Assembly: GCA_035456145.1 (NCBI GenBank) | Contig: DATIDU010000340.1 | Location: forward strand, 1 to 45,958 | Length of the DNA: 45,958 nt | From: Gaiellales bacterium | GTDB lineage: Bacteria; Actinomycetota; Thermoleophilia; Gaiellales; JAICJC01 | Direction of reading: 5' to 3' | Shown here: in pieces, positions 16,148 to 24,212 of the stretch | Layout: every line of letters begins with the position of its first letter | Numbering within the stretch: the first letter of the stretch is position 1 | Notes under the pieces: model-generated | The model's database searches: none | What the model was told of the DNA's origin: nothing | What the model saw: the letters and a program-made list of their open reading frames with translations, nothing else | Made by a program: the position numbers and the translations under genes

Positions 16148-17215
16148 CTACCCGCGGTTGCCGAGGGTGGCGTGGATCGTGGTCGAGCTGCTGCCCCGCT
16201 GAACGGTCAGGGTGACCGAGTCACCTGGGCTCATCGCCGAGACGCGCTGCACCACGTCGTCGGAGCTCGACACGGAGCGGCCGTCGATCGCCGTGATGAC
16301 GTCCCCGGCCTTGAGGCCGGCGTCGGCCGCGGGCGATCCCGCCTCAACCCGGGCGATGCGGGCGCCGTTCTGGGCGTCGACCATCGAGACGCCCAGGTAG
16401 GGATGCGAGGCGTGGCCACTGGAGATCAGCTCGCGCGCGATCCGCTCGACGGTCGCCGACGGGACGGCGAACCCGATGCCGACGTTCCCGCCGCTCGTGC
16501 TCTGGTCGGCGTAGATCTGCGAGGTGACGCCGATGACCTCGCCCTGGTCGTTGAAGAGCGGACCGCCGCTGTTTCCGTGGTTCAGAGCGGCGTCCGTCTG
16601 GATCGCGTCCTGGATCGGGTGGTTGTCGGGTGAGGTGATCGTGCGACCAAGCGCCGAGACGATCCCGGCCGAGACGCTGTTGGCGAGCCCGAACGGGTCG
16701 CCGATCGCGACGACCGGATCGCCCACCGCGAGCGCCGTCGAATCGCCGAACGTGAGCGGATGCAGCGAGCTCGCCGCGGCGTCGATATGGATCACGGCGA
16801 CGTCGGTGGTCGCGTCGCTTCCGACGAGCGTCGCCTTGTGGGTTGCGCCGTCGTTGGTCTCGACGCTGATCGACGTGGCATCCGCGACGACGTGCGCGTT
16901 CGTCGCGATGTCGCCCTTCGAGTCGATCTCGAACCCCGTTCCCTCGGCAACCTGGCTTTGCTGGCCGAACGGGCCGGGCGTGCTCGATGTCGAGCTGACC
17001 TTGATCTCGACGACCCCGGCGACCGTCGAGCGGTAGATCTCGGCCGCCGACATGGGCGTGGTGGTCGAGGCCGCGGGGCTCGCGCTGCCGACGATCGTGG
17101 TGGTCGTGCCGGGCGAGTCGCCCGATTCGCCGGTGAGGACGACGGCCGTCACGGCCGTGCCCGCGCCGAGCGTCGCGGCGGCGATCAGCGCTGCAGCTTG
17201 TGTGGTCCGTTTCAT
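16148..17215 (-). CDS. HtrA/DegP-family (S1C) serine protease with PDZ domain (355 aa)
   Basis: The internal ATG at 17215 (MKRTTQAAALIAAATLGAG) has an AGGAG RBS. Catalytic triad contexts are ATNAHVV, TTDVAVIHI and GNSGGPLFN. The C-terminal PDZ region is YLGVSMVD...GSPAADAGLKAGDVITAIDG. The upstream 251 aa of the 606-aa ORF-track entry is antisense to the response regulator and is discarded. Confidence 0.9.
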   Translation of the reverse strand: MKRTTQAAALIAAATLGAGTAVTAVVLTGESGDSPGTTTTIVGSASPAASTTTPMSAAEIYRSTVAGVVEIKVSSTSSTPGPFGQQSQVAEGTGFEIDSKGDIATNAHVVADATSISVETNDGATHKATLVGSDATTDVAVIHIDAAASSLHPLTFGDSTALAVGDPVVAIGDPFGLANSVSAGIVSALGRTITSPDNHPIQDAIQTDAALNHGNSGGPLFNDQGEVIGVTSQIYADQSTSGGNVGIGFAVPSATVERIARELISSGHASHPYLGVSMVDAQNGARIARVEAGSPAADAGLKAGDVITAIDGRSVSSSDDVVQRVSAMSPGDSVTLTVQRGSSSTTIHATLGNRG

Positions 17216-17291
17216 CGTGTGGTGGCTCCTGGGGATGAGAGAAGTGTCGCAGTCAGCGTGCGCCTGCCCGCTCAGCCGGAGATCTGAACCT

Positions 17292-17326
17292 CCTGTGGAG
17301 TACCTGTGTGCGTAAGAGAGCACACA
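17292..17326. promoter_or_regulatory. candidate response-regulator box plus hairpin in the htrA / two-component divergent promoter
   Basis: The direct repeat cctgtg occurs at 17292-17297 and 17303-17308 (11-bp periodicity, as for OmpR/PhoB-type sites). It runs into a 7-bp-stem hairpin, tgtgtgc-gtaagaga-gcacaca (17305-17326). This is an unusually AT-rich patch. Confidence 0.3.
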
Positions 17327-17401
17327 CATCCGCCTGATCCAGACCGCCTCGGAGGCGATTCCCAGGAAACTCACAGGCGGCGCGGCTACGTTGAGACCGA
17401 G

Positions 17402-18115
17402 ATGGAGGCAGGCGCACAGACGGAGGCACCGGCGCGGGTGCTCGTCGTCGACGACGAGGACTCGATCACCCAGCTCGTCTCGACGGTGCTGCGCTACGAG
17501 GGGTTCGAGGTCGAGACGGCCCACGACGGCCGCACCGCGGTCAAACGGGCCGCGGCCTTCCATCCCGACCTCGTCGTCCTCGACGTCATGCTGCCCGACC
17601 TGGACGGCTTCGAGGTCTACCGGCGCCTGGCCGGCGGCGCGCGGCGGGTGCCGGTGCTCTTCCTCACCGCGCGAGATCAGACGGCCGACCGTGTCCACGG
17701 CCTGACGCTCGGCGCCGACGACTACGTCGGGAAGCCGTTCAGCCTGGAGGAGCTCGTCGCCCGTGTGCGCGCCGTCCTGCGGCGGACGAAGCCCGACCCG
17801 GTGTCCGGCTCCGAGCTCGTCTATCACGACCTCTCGATCGACGAGGATGCCCACGAGGTGCGCCGCGGCGACCGAGTGATCAACCTGACGCCGACGGAGT
17901 ACCACCTGCTGCGATACCTGCTCGTGAACGCGGGCCGCGTCGTCTCGAAGCCTCAGATCCTCGACCACGTCTGGCGCTACGACTTCGGCGGCGACTCGAG
18001 CGTCGTCGAAACGTACATCAGCTACCTGCGCAAGAAGGTCGACCTGCCGGACGGGCCGGCGCTGATCCAGACGGTTCGCGGATTCGGCTACGCCATCCGC
18101 ATCCAGGCGGAGTGA
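17402..18115 (+). CDS. OmpR/PhoB-family response regulator (237 aa)
   Basis: The receiver domain has VLVVDDEDSI...DLVVLDVMLPDLDGFEV...PVLFLTARD...GADDYVGKPF. The winged-helix domain has LTPTEYHLLRYLLVNAGRVVSKPQILDHVW...VETYISYLRKK...IQTVRGFGY. Confidence 0.95.
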   Translation: MEAGAQTEAPARVLVVDDEDSITQLVSTVLRYEGFEVETAHDGRTAVKRAAAFHPDLVVLDVMLPDLDGFEVYRRLAGGARRVPVLFLTARDQTADRVHGLTLGADDYVGKPFSLEELVARVRAVLRRTKPDPVSGSELVYHDLSIDEDAHEVRRGDRVINLTPTEYHLLRYLLVNAGRVVSKPQILDHVWRYDFGGDSSVVETYISYLRKKVDLPDGPALIQTVRGFGYAIRIQAE

Positions 18116-19539
18116 GCGCCGTGTCGATGCGCTGGCCGCCGCCGCTTCGGGTTCGCCTCTCGATCATCGCGGTCGTCCTCGTCGGGGCCGGGCTGCTTGT
18201 CGCCGGCGTCGCAACCCGACTCGAGCTCAGGTCCTTCCTGCTCGACCGCACGGATCGCCAGATCCGCTCGTCCGCGCCTCCGGTGCTGGGCTACCTCATT
18301 CGCGGCGACACCGATCCGGGCGCCCGGGAGCAGGTGCTCGGCGTCCTGCCGCCGGGGAGCTACGCCGCCCTGGTCTCGGCGGACGGGACGATCGTCCGCT
18401 CGCTGCGGGTCGGAACGGGCGTGCCCGGGAGTGCGCTGGCCGAGCGGGCGGTCGAGGCCTCCGTCGGTGCCTCGAGCGCCGCCGGCTACCGCATCGTGGT
18501 GATCACGTCGGGCGGCACCGGCCCTCCGCTCAGCCCAGGGGCGAAGCTCGTGATCGCGATGCCGCTCAGCGACGTCAACTCGACGCTCAACCAGCTCGTG
18601 CTGCTCGAGGTCGTCGTGGGGCTCGCGGTGCTCGCCGGCGTCGCGGCGCTGGCCTATTTCCTGGTGCGACGCGAGCTTCGCCCGCTGGAGCGGATCGAGG
18701 GGACGGCCGCCGCGATCGCCGCGGGAGACCTGTCGCAGCGCGTGGACGGGGAGAACGACTCGACCGAGGTCGGCAGCCTGGCCCGCTCTCTGAACGCGAT
18801 GCTGGAGCAGATCGAGGCGGCGTTCGAGGAACGGCGCCGGTCAGAGGAGCAGTTGCGGCGGTTCGTCGGCGATGCGTCGCACGAGCTGCGGACGCCGCTC
18901 ACCGCCGTACGCGGCTTCGCTGAGCTCTTCCGCCACGGGGCGGCGACCCGGCCGGCCGACCTGGCACTGGCGATGGACCGGATCGAATCGGAGGGGTCGC
19001 GGATGAGCGTCCTCGTCGACGACCTGCTCCTGCTTGCGAACCTCGACCAGGGACGGCCGCTCGAGCTCGGCCCCGTCGATCTCGAGAAGCTGCTCGGGGA
19101 GATGGTCTCGGATCATGCGCTGCTCTATCCCGGCTGGCCGATCTCGCTCGCCGTCGAGGGCGACGGCGAGGTGCGCGGAGACGAGCTGCGGGTCGGACAG
19201 GCGGTGGCAAACCTCCTCTCGAACGTGCGCGCGCATACATCGGAGGGCACCGACGTCGCGGTGCGGCTCCGGACCGAGGGCCCCGACCGCCTGATCGACG
19301 TCGAGGACTCGGGCCCGGGCATCCCCGGGGAGCACCTCGAGCACGTGTTCGACCGCTTCTTCCGCGTCGATCCCTCCCGGGCGCGCGCCAGCGGCGGCAG
19401 CGGCCTGGGCCTTTCGATCACGGCGGCCATCGCGGCCGCGCACGGGGGCCGGGCGGAGGCGTTCCCGCGCGAGGGCGGCGGCACGACCTTTCGCATCGCG
19501 CTCCCGGTTGACGGGCCGGTTATCCCCGACGGCGAGTAG
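18112..19539 (+). CDS. sensor histidine kinase (TM-sensor-TM-HAMP-HisKA-HATPase, 475 aa)
   Basis: The GTG start overlaps the regulator stop (GTGA). The H-box is FVGDASHELRTPLTAV, the N-box is NLLSNVRAHT, and the G-boxes are DSGPGIP...GGSGLGLSI. Two TM segments flank a periplasmic region of about 130 aa. Confidence 0.9.
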   Translation: MSAVSMRWPPPLRVRLSIIAVVLVGAGLLVAGVATRLELRSFLLDRTDRQIRSSAPPVLGYLIRGDTDPGAREQVLGVLPPGSYAALVSADGTIVRSLRVGTGVPGSALAERAVEASVGASSAAGYRIVVITSGGTGPPLSPGAKLVIAMPLSDVNSTLNQLVLLEVVVGLAVLAGVAALAYFLVRRELRPLERIEGTAAAIAAGDLSQRVDGENDSTEVGSLARSLNAMLEQIEAAFEERRRSEEQLRRFVGDASHELRTPLTAVRGFAELFRHGAATRPADLALAMDRIESEGSRMSVLVDDLLLLANLDQGRPLELGPVDLEKLLGEMVSDHALLYPGWPISLAVEGDGEVRGDELRVGQAVANLLSNVRAHTSEGTDVAVRLRTEGPDRLIDVEDSGPGIPGEHLEHVFDRFFRVDPSRARASGGSGLGLSITAAIAAAHGGRAEAFPREGGGTTFRIALPVDGPVIPDGE

Positions 19540-19542
19540 CGG

Positions 19543-20406
19543 TCAGCCTGCCTGCGGCAGCTTCTTGGCGCCGCGCTTCGTGACCGGGTTCGAGGGCGGC
19601 GGGACCATTGGTCCGATGTCTCCATCCGGCGCCTCGTCGAGGTCGACGATCACCGGCGCGTGATCGCTCGGTCCGCTGCCCTTGCGCGCGTGGCGGTCGA
19701 CCCATGCCGCCCGCACGCGGGCCGCGACCGGGTCGCCCGCCAGGATCAGGTCGATGCGCATGCCGAGGTCCTGGTGGAACATCCCGGCCCGGTAGTCCCA
19801 GTAGGAGAAGACGCGCTCATGCGGCCACCGGTCGCGGACGACGTCGTGCAGGCCGAGCGCCTGGATCTCCGCGAGCGCCTCGCGCTCCCGCGGCGTGACG
19901 TGCGTCTGGCCGATGTAGGCGTCCGGATCGAACACGTCGTCGTCGGTGGGGGCGATGTTCATGTCGCCGCAGACGACAGCGGCATCCGGCCCCGCGGCCA
20001 GCACCTCGCGGAGCGCCGCGAGCCACGCGAGCTTGTAGTCGTAGTGGTCGGAGTCCGGCACGCGGCCGTTCGGGACGTAGATCGAGTGCACGCGGATCCC
20101 GTCGCAGGTGGCGGCCACGGCACGCGCCTCCGGATGCGGGAACCCCGGTCCGTTCTCGACTCCGGTGACCACGTCGTCGAGGCCCACCCGCGACAGGATC
20201 GCAACGCCGTTCCACTGGGCCTCGCCGTGCGCCGCCACCTTGTAGCCGCGCTCCGCGAGCACGCCGCCCAGGAGGTGGTCGAGCGCATCGTCGGCGAGCT
20301 TGGTCTCCTGGAGGCAGACGACGTCCGGCCGCCGCTGGTCGAGCCACGGAAGCAGCCGCGGCATGCGCTGCTTCAGCGAGTTGACGTTCCAGGTGGCGAT
20401 GCGCAC
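19543..20406 (-). CDS. xthA: exodeoxyribonuclease III (287 aa) with short basic C-terminal extension
   Basis: MRIATWNVNSLKQRMPRLLPWLDQRRPDVVCLQETK is followed by GVAILSR, GDMNIAP, FSYWDYR, RIDLIL and SDHAPV. The tail PPPSNPVTKRGAKKLPQAG is extra. Confidence 0.95.
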   Translation of the reverse strand: MRIATWNVNSLKQRMPRLLPWLDQRRPDVVCLQETKLADDALDHLLGGVLAERGYKVAAHGEAQWNGVAILSRVGLDDVVTGVENGPGFPHPEARAVAATCDGIRVHSIYVPNGRVPDSDHYDYKLAWLAALREVLAAGPDAAVVCGDMNIAPTDDDVFDPDAYIGQTHVTPREREALAEIQALGLHDVVRDRWPHERVFSYWDYRAGMFHQDLGMRIDLILAGDPVAARVRAAWVDRHARKGSGPSDHAPVIVDLDEAPDGDIGPMVPPPSNPVTKRGAKKLPQAG

Positions 20407-20469
20407 CGCCTACACCGTAGCGGGCAGCCCGGCTCCGCGTCTGCCGCCACCGCGCCGTAGGGTAGGCGG

Positions 20470-21315
20470 GTGATCGCGTACCGCGTCATCGTCGTCCCGT
20501 ACGAGCTCGGCCGCCTGCGGGAGGGGGTCGGCAGAGGGCCGGAGCGCCTGCTCGAGGCGGGTGCCGAGGCCGCGCTTGCGGCATCCGGCGGGCCTGTGCG
20601 AACGGAGCTCATCGAGATCGAGGCGTCGTGGAGCGCGACCGGCGTGGGGGAGGTCGACGCCTGCTTCGAGCTGATCCGGCGGGTCGCCGCGCAGGTGCGC
20701 GAGGCGCTCGCCGCCGGCGAGTTCCCGGTCGTCCTCTCGGGGAGCTGCTTCGCCGGCGTGGGCGTGGTGGCGGGGATCGAGGAGGCCGCACCCGCCGTCG
20801 TGTGGTTCGACGCGCACTCGGACTTCAACAGCCCCGACACGACCATCGAGGGCTACTTCGACGGCATGGGCCTGGCGGTGCTGACCGGCGGCGCCTGGCA
20901 GGGCATGCTGGCGACCGTCCCGGGCGCGCGGCCGGTGCCCCAGAGCGCGGTCGTGCTCGCGGGCGCGCGGAGCTTCGACCCGCCGGAGGTCGCGCGGCTC
21001 GGGGCCTCGCGGGTGACACACCTGCCGCCGGAGGAGCTCGGCGGGCTGACGACGGCCGTGCGGGCGGTCTCGCCGGCCCCGACCGGCGTCTACCTGCACG
21101 TCGATCTGGACGTCCTCGACCTGGCCGAGGCGCACGTGAACGTCTACGGCGCACCGGGCGGGCCGACCGGTCCCGAGCTGTGCGACCTGGTCGCGGACGT
21201 GCTCCGGGAGTGCCCGGTGCGGGCGGTCTCGCTCACCGCGTACGACCCGGGGTTCGATCCCGAGGGCCGCGTGCCGCCGATCGCGCTTGAGGTCTTGCGG
21301 CGGATCGGAGCCTGA
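20470..21315 (+). CDS. arginase/agmatinase/formiminoglutamase (ureohydrolase) family protein, divergent (281 aa)
   Basis: VVWFDAHSDFNSP (DAHxD) and VYLHVDLDVLD (DxDxxD) are present. The first GGDHS motif position reads LSGSCF. Confidence 0.75.
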   Translation: MIAYRVIVVPYELGRLREGVGRGPERLLEAGAEAALAASGGPVRTELIEIEASWSATGVGEVDACFELIRRVAAQVREALAAGEFPVVLSGSCFAGVGVVAGIEEAAPAVVWFDAHSDFNSPDTTIEGYFDGMGLAVLTGGAWQGMLATVPGARPVPQSAVVLAGARSFDPPEVARLGASRVTHLPPEELGGLTTAVRAVSPAPTGVYLHVDLDVLDLAEAHVNVYGAPGGPTGPELCDLVADVLRECPVRAVSLTAYDPGFDPEGRVPPIALEVLRRIGA

Positions 21316-21326
21316 TCTCGGTCGGG

Positions 21327-21367
21327 GTGTCGAATTCCGGCTCCGCCGTTTGTCTGAGATTCGACAC
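21327..21367. promoter_or_regulatory. hairpin / inverted repeat between the arginase-like gene and the next gene (terminator or operator)
   Basis: A 9-bp inverted repeat joins gtgtcgaat (21327-21335) and attcgacac (21359-21367), with a 23-nt spacer. It sits 12 nt after the stop at 21315 and 26 nt before ATG 21393. Confidence 0.35.
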
Positions 21368-21392
21368 GGCGAACTCGGAAAGGATCGCTCTC

Positions 21393-21812
21393 ATGCTCGG
21401 TCGCAAGACATTCACCCAGGATGAGCTCGACGGCTGCCGCGCGGCCGTCGACGCCCAGCTCGAGGCCTATCGCCGGCTCGCGGACGCACTCGGCGGAAAC
21501 GGTGCGGCCACGGCGCTCGCGGACTTCGAGGACCCGTTCTTCACGAACCTGGTGCTCGCGCTCGACCGCTGGTTCGTCCACCGCGTGCGGGCGGTGAGCG
21601 GCAAGGACGGAAACCCGCTCAACGAGGTGGAGCTCATCGCCGACGCCGTCATGCTGCACGGCGGCGTCATGCCCGCGAGCAGCGTGATCAGGTACATCCC
21701 GGCCGATTCCGTCCTCGGGATCGAGGTGGGCCAGAAGGTCAGCCTGAGCGCAGAGGATTTCGAGCGGCTCTCGACGGCGTTCCTGGCCGAGATCGAGCGC
21801 AAGTTCGTCTGA
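21393..21812 (+). CDS. hypothetical protein (139 aa)
   Basis: ATG 21393 follows GGAAAGGA. The product MLGRKTFTQDELDGCRAAVDAQLEAYRRL...NPLNEVELIADAVM... has clean GC3 bias. No motif I can name. Confidence 0.6.
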   Translation: MLGRKTFTQDELDGCRAAVDAQLEAYRRLADALGGNGAATALADFEDPFFTNLVLALDRWFVHRVRAVSGKDGNPLNEVELIADAVMLHGGVMPASSVIRYIPADSVLGIEVGQKVSLSAEDFERLSTAFLAEIERKFV

Positions 21813-21940
21813 CAGGCGCTGGATGTGACGATCGTCGCGTTGAGTGCTACCGTCTCAGACGGACGCGGCGGGGCAGGGTCGGATTGAGGCGTTCGGCCTG
21901 TCCGGGTGTGGGCAACACCAACAATGGGGGAGGCTCCAAG

Positions 21941-22612
21941 ATGAAGTCCCGAATCGTCGCCACGCTGCTCGCGGGCGTGGGGCTCGCAGCCCTGCCCGCC
22001 GCCGCGCAGGCGACACCTGTGACCGCCGCCGAATGGCCGCTCGCGGGCAACGCCAACGACGCGTCCGGAAACGGCCACAACGGCACGGCCAGCCCGAGCG
22101 TCAATTTCACGGCCGACGGAGCCCAATTCAACGGCTTGGATTCGCGCATCACCGTGCCCTATAGCGCGGGGCTCTCGCCGGGCGCTTCGGACGTGACGGT
22201 CAGCCTCGACGTCAAGACCACGGCCACACCGGGCACCGGCAACCTCGACTTCGACCTGGTCCGCGCCTCACCGGGCGGCAAGATGTTCAAGGTCGAGCTC
22301 TTCCCGCACGGCAAGATCAAGGCCCAGGCCCAGTGCATCTTCATCGGGACGACGACCAGGATCACGGTCCACGCCGGGCCGACCCTGAACGACGGCGGTT
22401 GGCACACCATCGTGTGTCACAAGACGAGCGGCCAGGTGACCCTGACCGTCGACGGCGGCGACCCGGACGGCACCGCCAACGTCACGATCGGCTCCATCAA
22501 CCTGAAGAAGAACGGGCCCTTCGCACTCGGGTACAAGCCGGTTCCCGGCGGGACGGACGGCGACTTCTACAACGGCTTCATGAAGAACGTCTCCGTCGTA
22601 TTCGGTAGCTGA
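21941..22612 (+). CDS. secreted LamG / concanavalin-A-like lectin domain protein (223 aa)
   Basis: GGGGGAGG RBS upstream. Signal peptide is MKSRIVATLLAGVGLAALPAAAQA. LAGNANDASGNGHNGTA...FNGLDSRITVP...DGGWHTIVCHKTSGQVTLTVDG...FALGYKP...FYNGFMKNVSV is the Laminin_G_3-type pattern. Confidence 0.75.
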   Translation: MKSRIVATLLAGVGLAALPAAAQATPVTAAEWPLAGNANDASGNGHNGTASPSVNFTADGAQFNGLDSRITVPYSAGLSPGASDVTVSLDVKTTATPGTGNLDFDLVRASPGGKMFKVELFPHGKIKAQAQCIFIGTTTRITVHAGPTLNDGGWHTIVCHKTSGQVTLTVDGGDPDGTANVTIGSINLKKNGPFALGYKPVPGGTDGDFYNGFMKNVSVVFGS

Positions 22613-22629
22613 GCCGCTACGCTGAGGAG

Positions 22630-22833
22630 GTGGGAGAAGCCGAACGGGACACCCGTATCCGGCTGGCCGAGGAGCGGTTCGAGGAGGAGCTGGACAGGGC
22701 CGGCGAGTCGATCTGCATCTCGTCGCTTCCGCTCCTTGTCGACGAGGTCGCCGCCGCCGCGGCGGGTGGTGACGAGGAACTGACGTCGGAGATCGAGGCC
22801 CGGCTGCGGCGCCGCGCCGGGCTGCACGTGTAG
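22630..22833 (+). CDS. possible small acidic protein (67 aa)
   Basis: GTG start immediately after GAGGAGG (spacing too short to be ideal). GC3 is high. The helical acidic sequence is RLAEERFEEELDRAGE...EELTSEIEARLRRR. No family recognised. Confidence 0.3.
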   Translation: MGEAERDTRIRLAEERFEEELDRAGESICISSLPLLVDEVAAAAAGGDEELTSEIEARLRRRAGLHV

Positions 22834-22884
22834 CCCGCCGGCCCGCGCCCTCCACGCGCGCGAACCGGGCGGTACGGTCCGCGC

Positions 22885-24062
22885 ATGGGAATTGGAGTTC
22901 GCAGGCCGGCCGGACGGCCTGCGTCGCTCGCGTTCGACGCCGCGATCGTCGTCGCGCTCACAGCGCTCTACCAGTGGCAGGTGTGGACGATGGGCACGGT
23001 GGCCGGGCCGCGCTGGCTGACCACGCTGGTCGTTCCGCTGCTCATCGACCTCCCGCTCCTGTGGCGGCGGACGGTTCCGCTTCTCGTGCTGACGCTCGTG
23101 TTCGTCGGCATCGACCTCCAGGCCGTGGTCACCGGCAACGCCGCCGAGAGCCTGGGGACGTTCGGGTCGGCGCTCGTCGCCGCGTACTCCGTCACCAGGT
23201 ACGGCGATCGCCGGCGCGGCCTTCTGGCGATCCCGATCGTCCTCGTCGGGGCCGTCGTGCACGACCTCGAGGACCCCGAGGTGCGCACCTCGAGCCAGAT
23301 TCAGGGTCGCTCATGTTCTGGCTCGTCCTGGTGGCGGCGTGGCTGATCGGCATCTGGGTTCGCAGCCGGCACGAGGAGGCGGATCTGGCCCGCCACGCAC
23401 AGGAGGTCGAACGGGAGGCCGAGGCGGCGGTGGCGGCGGAGCGGGCGCGGATCGCGCGCGAGCTGCACGACATCGTCTCGCACAACCTGAGCGTGGTCGT
23501 GCTCCAGGCCGCCGGCGCGCGGGCCGTTGAGGAGCGGCGGCTGGGGATGGTCGGCGGGACGCTCGAGAAGATCGAGCACAGCGGCCGGGCGGCCCTGATC
23601 GAGATGCGCCGCCTGCTGGGCGTCCTGCGCGAGGATCCCGGCGCGCCCGACACCGCACCCAACCCGGGACTGGCCGAGCTCCGGGATCTCGTGGCCGGGC
23701 TGCGCCCGGCCGGCCTGGATGTCGACCTCGACATGCAGGGCGACTTCGACGACGTGCCCGAGGCGGTGACGCTGTCGGTCTACCGGATCGTGCAGGAGGC
23801 GCTGACGAACGCCCTGAAGCACGCCGCGCCGGCCTCGGCCCGCGTTCGCGTCCTGCGGGAGCAGTCCGCGGTCGACATCCTCGTGGAGAACGGCCCAGGC
23901 CGCGGCGGCGGCGCCGCGCCCGGTGCCGGGCACGGACTCATGGGCATGCGGGAGCGGGTTGCGTTGTTCGGCGGTGAGCTCGACGCCGGGCCGCTTCCCG
24001 ACGGCGGCTTTCGCGTGCACGCGCGCCTCGTTCTGGAAGACGCCGGCCGGCGCAAGCGGTAG
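22885..24062 (+). pseudogene. HisKA_3 (NarX/DesK-type) sensor histidine kinase, reading frame broken once
   Basis: The multi-TM sensor part is in the frame of 22885, which stops at 23346. The last TM plus the kinase core is in the frame of 22974. That core has FWLVLVAAWLIGIWVRSR, the H-box ERARIARELHDIVSHNLSVVV, the N-box EALTNALKHA and the G-box GAGHGLMGMRERV. The switch must lie at about 23285-23313. Confidence 0.7.
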
Positions 24063-24212
24063 AGGACGCGTCTCTGCGGACAACCCGTGCGGCCGGTCGG
24101 TCAATCCCCCGATGCGCCACGGCCGCCGCCGTCGTACCCTCGCAACGCGGAAGCTTTCCGCACGGCTGGCGTGGTGAAGCGCCAACGACAGCCTCGGGCC
24201 TGACAGGAGGGG

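Noticed and set aside
16148-17968. Full 606-aa extent of the minus ORF containing the HtrA protease
   Set aside because: The first 251 codons run antisense through the response-regulator gene and its promoter and are not protein-like. An internal ATG at 17215 with an AGGAG RBS and a signal/TM N-terminus gives a normal 355-aa HtrA.
21249-21266. tRNA T-arm-like string ggggttcgatcccgag
   Set aside because: It lies inside the arginase-family CDS. No acceptor, D or anticodon arms can be built around it, and the stem is imperfect.
23285-23315. Programmed ribosomal frameshift as an explanation for the split histidine kinase
   Set aside because: There is no slippery heptamer (X XXY YYZ) or poly-A/T run in cagattcagggtcgctcatgttctgg, and no obvious downstream pseudoknot. 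A mutational or assembly indel is the simpler explanation.
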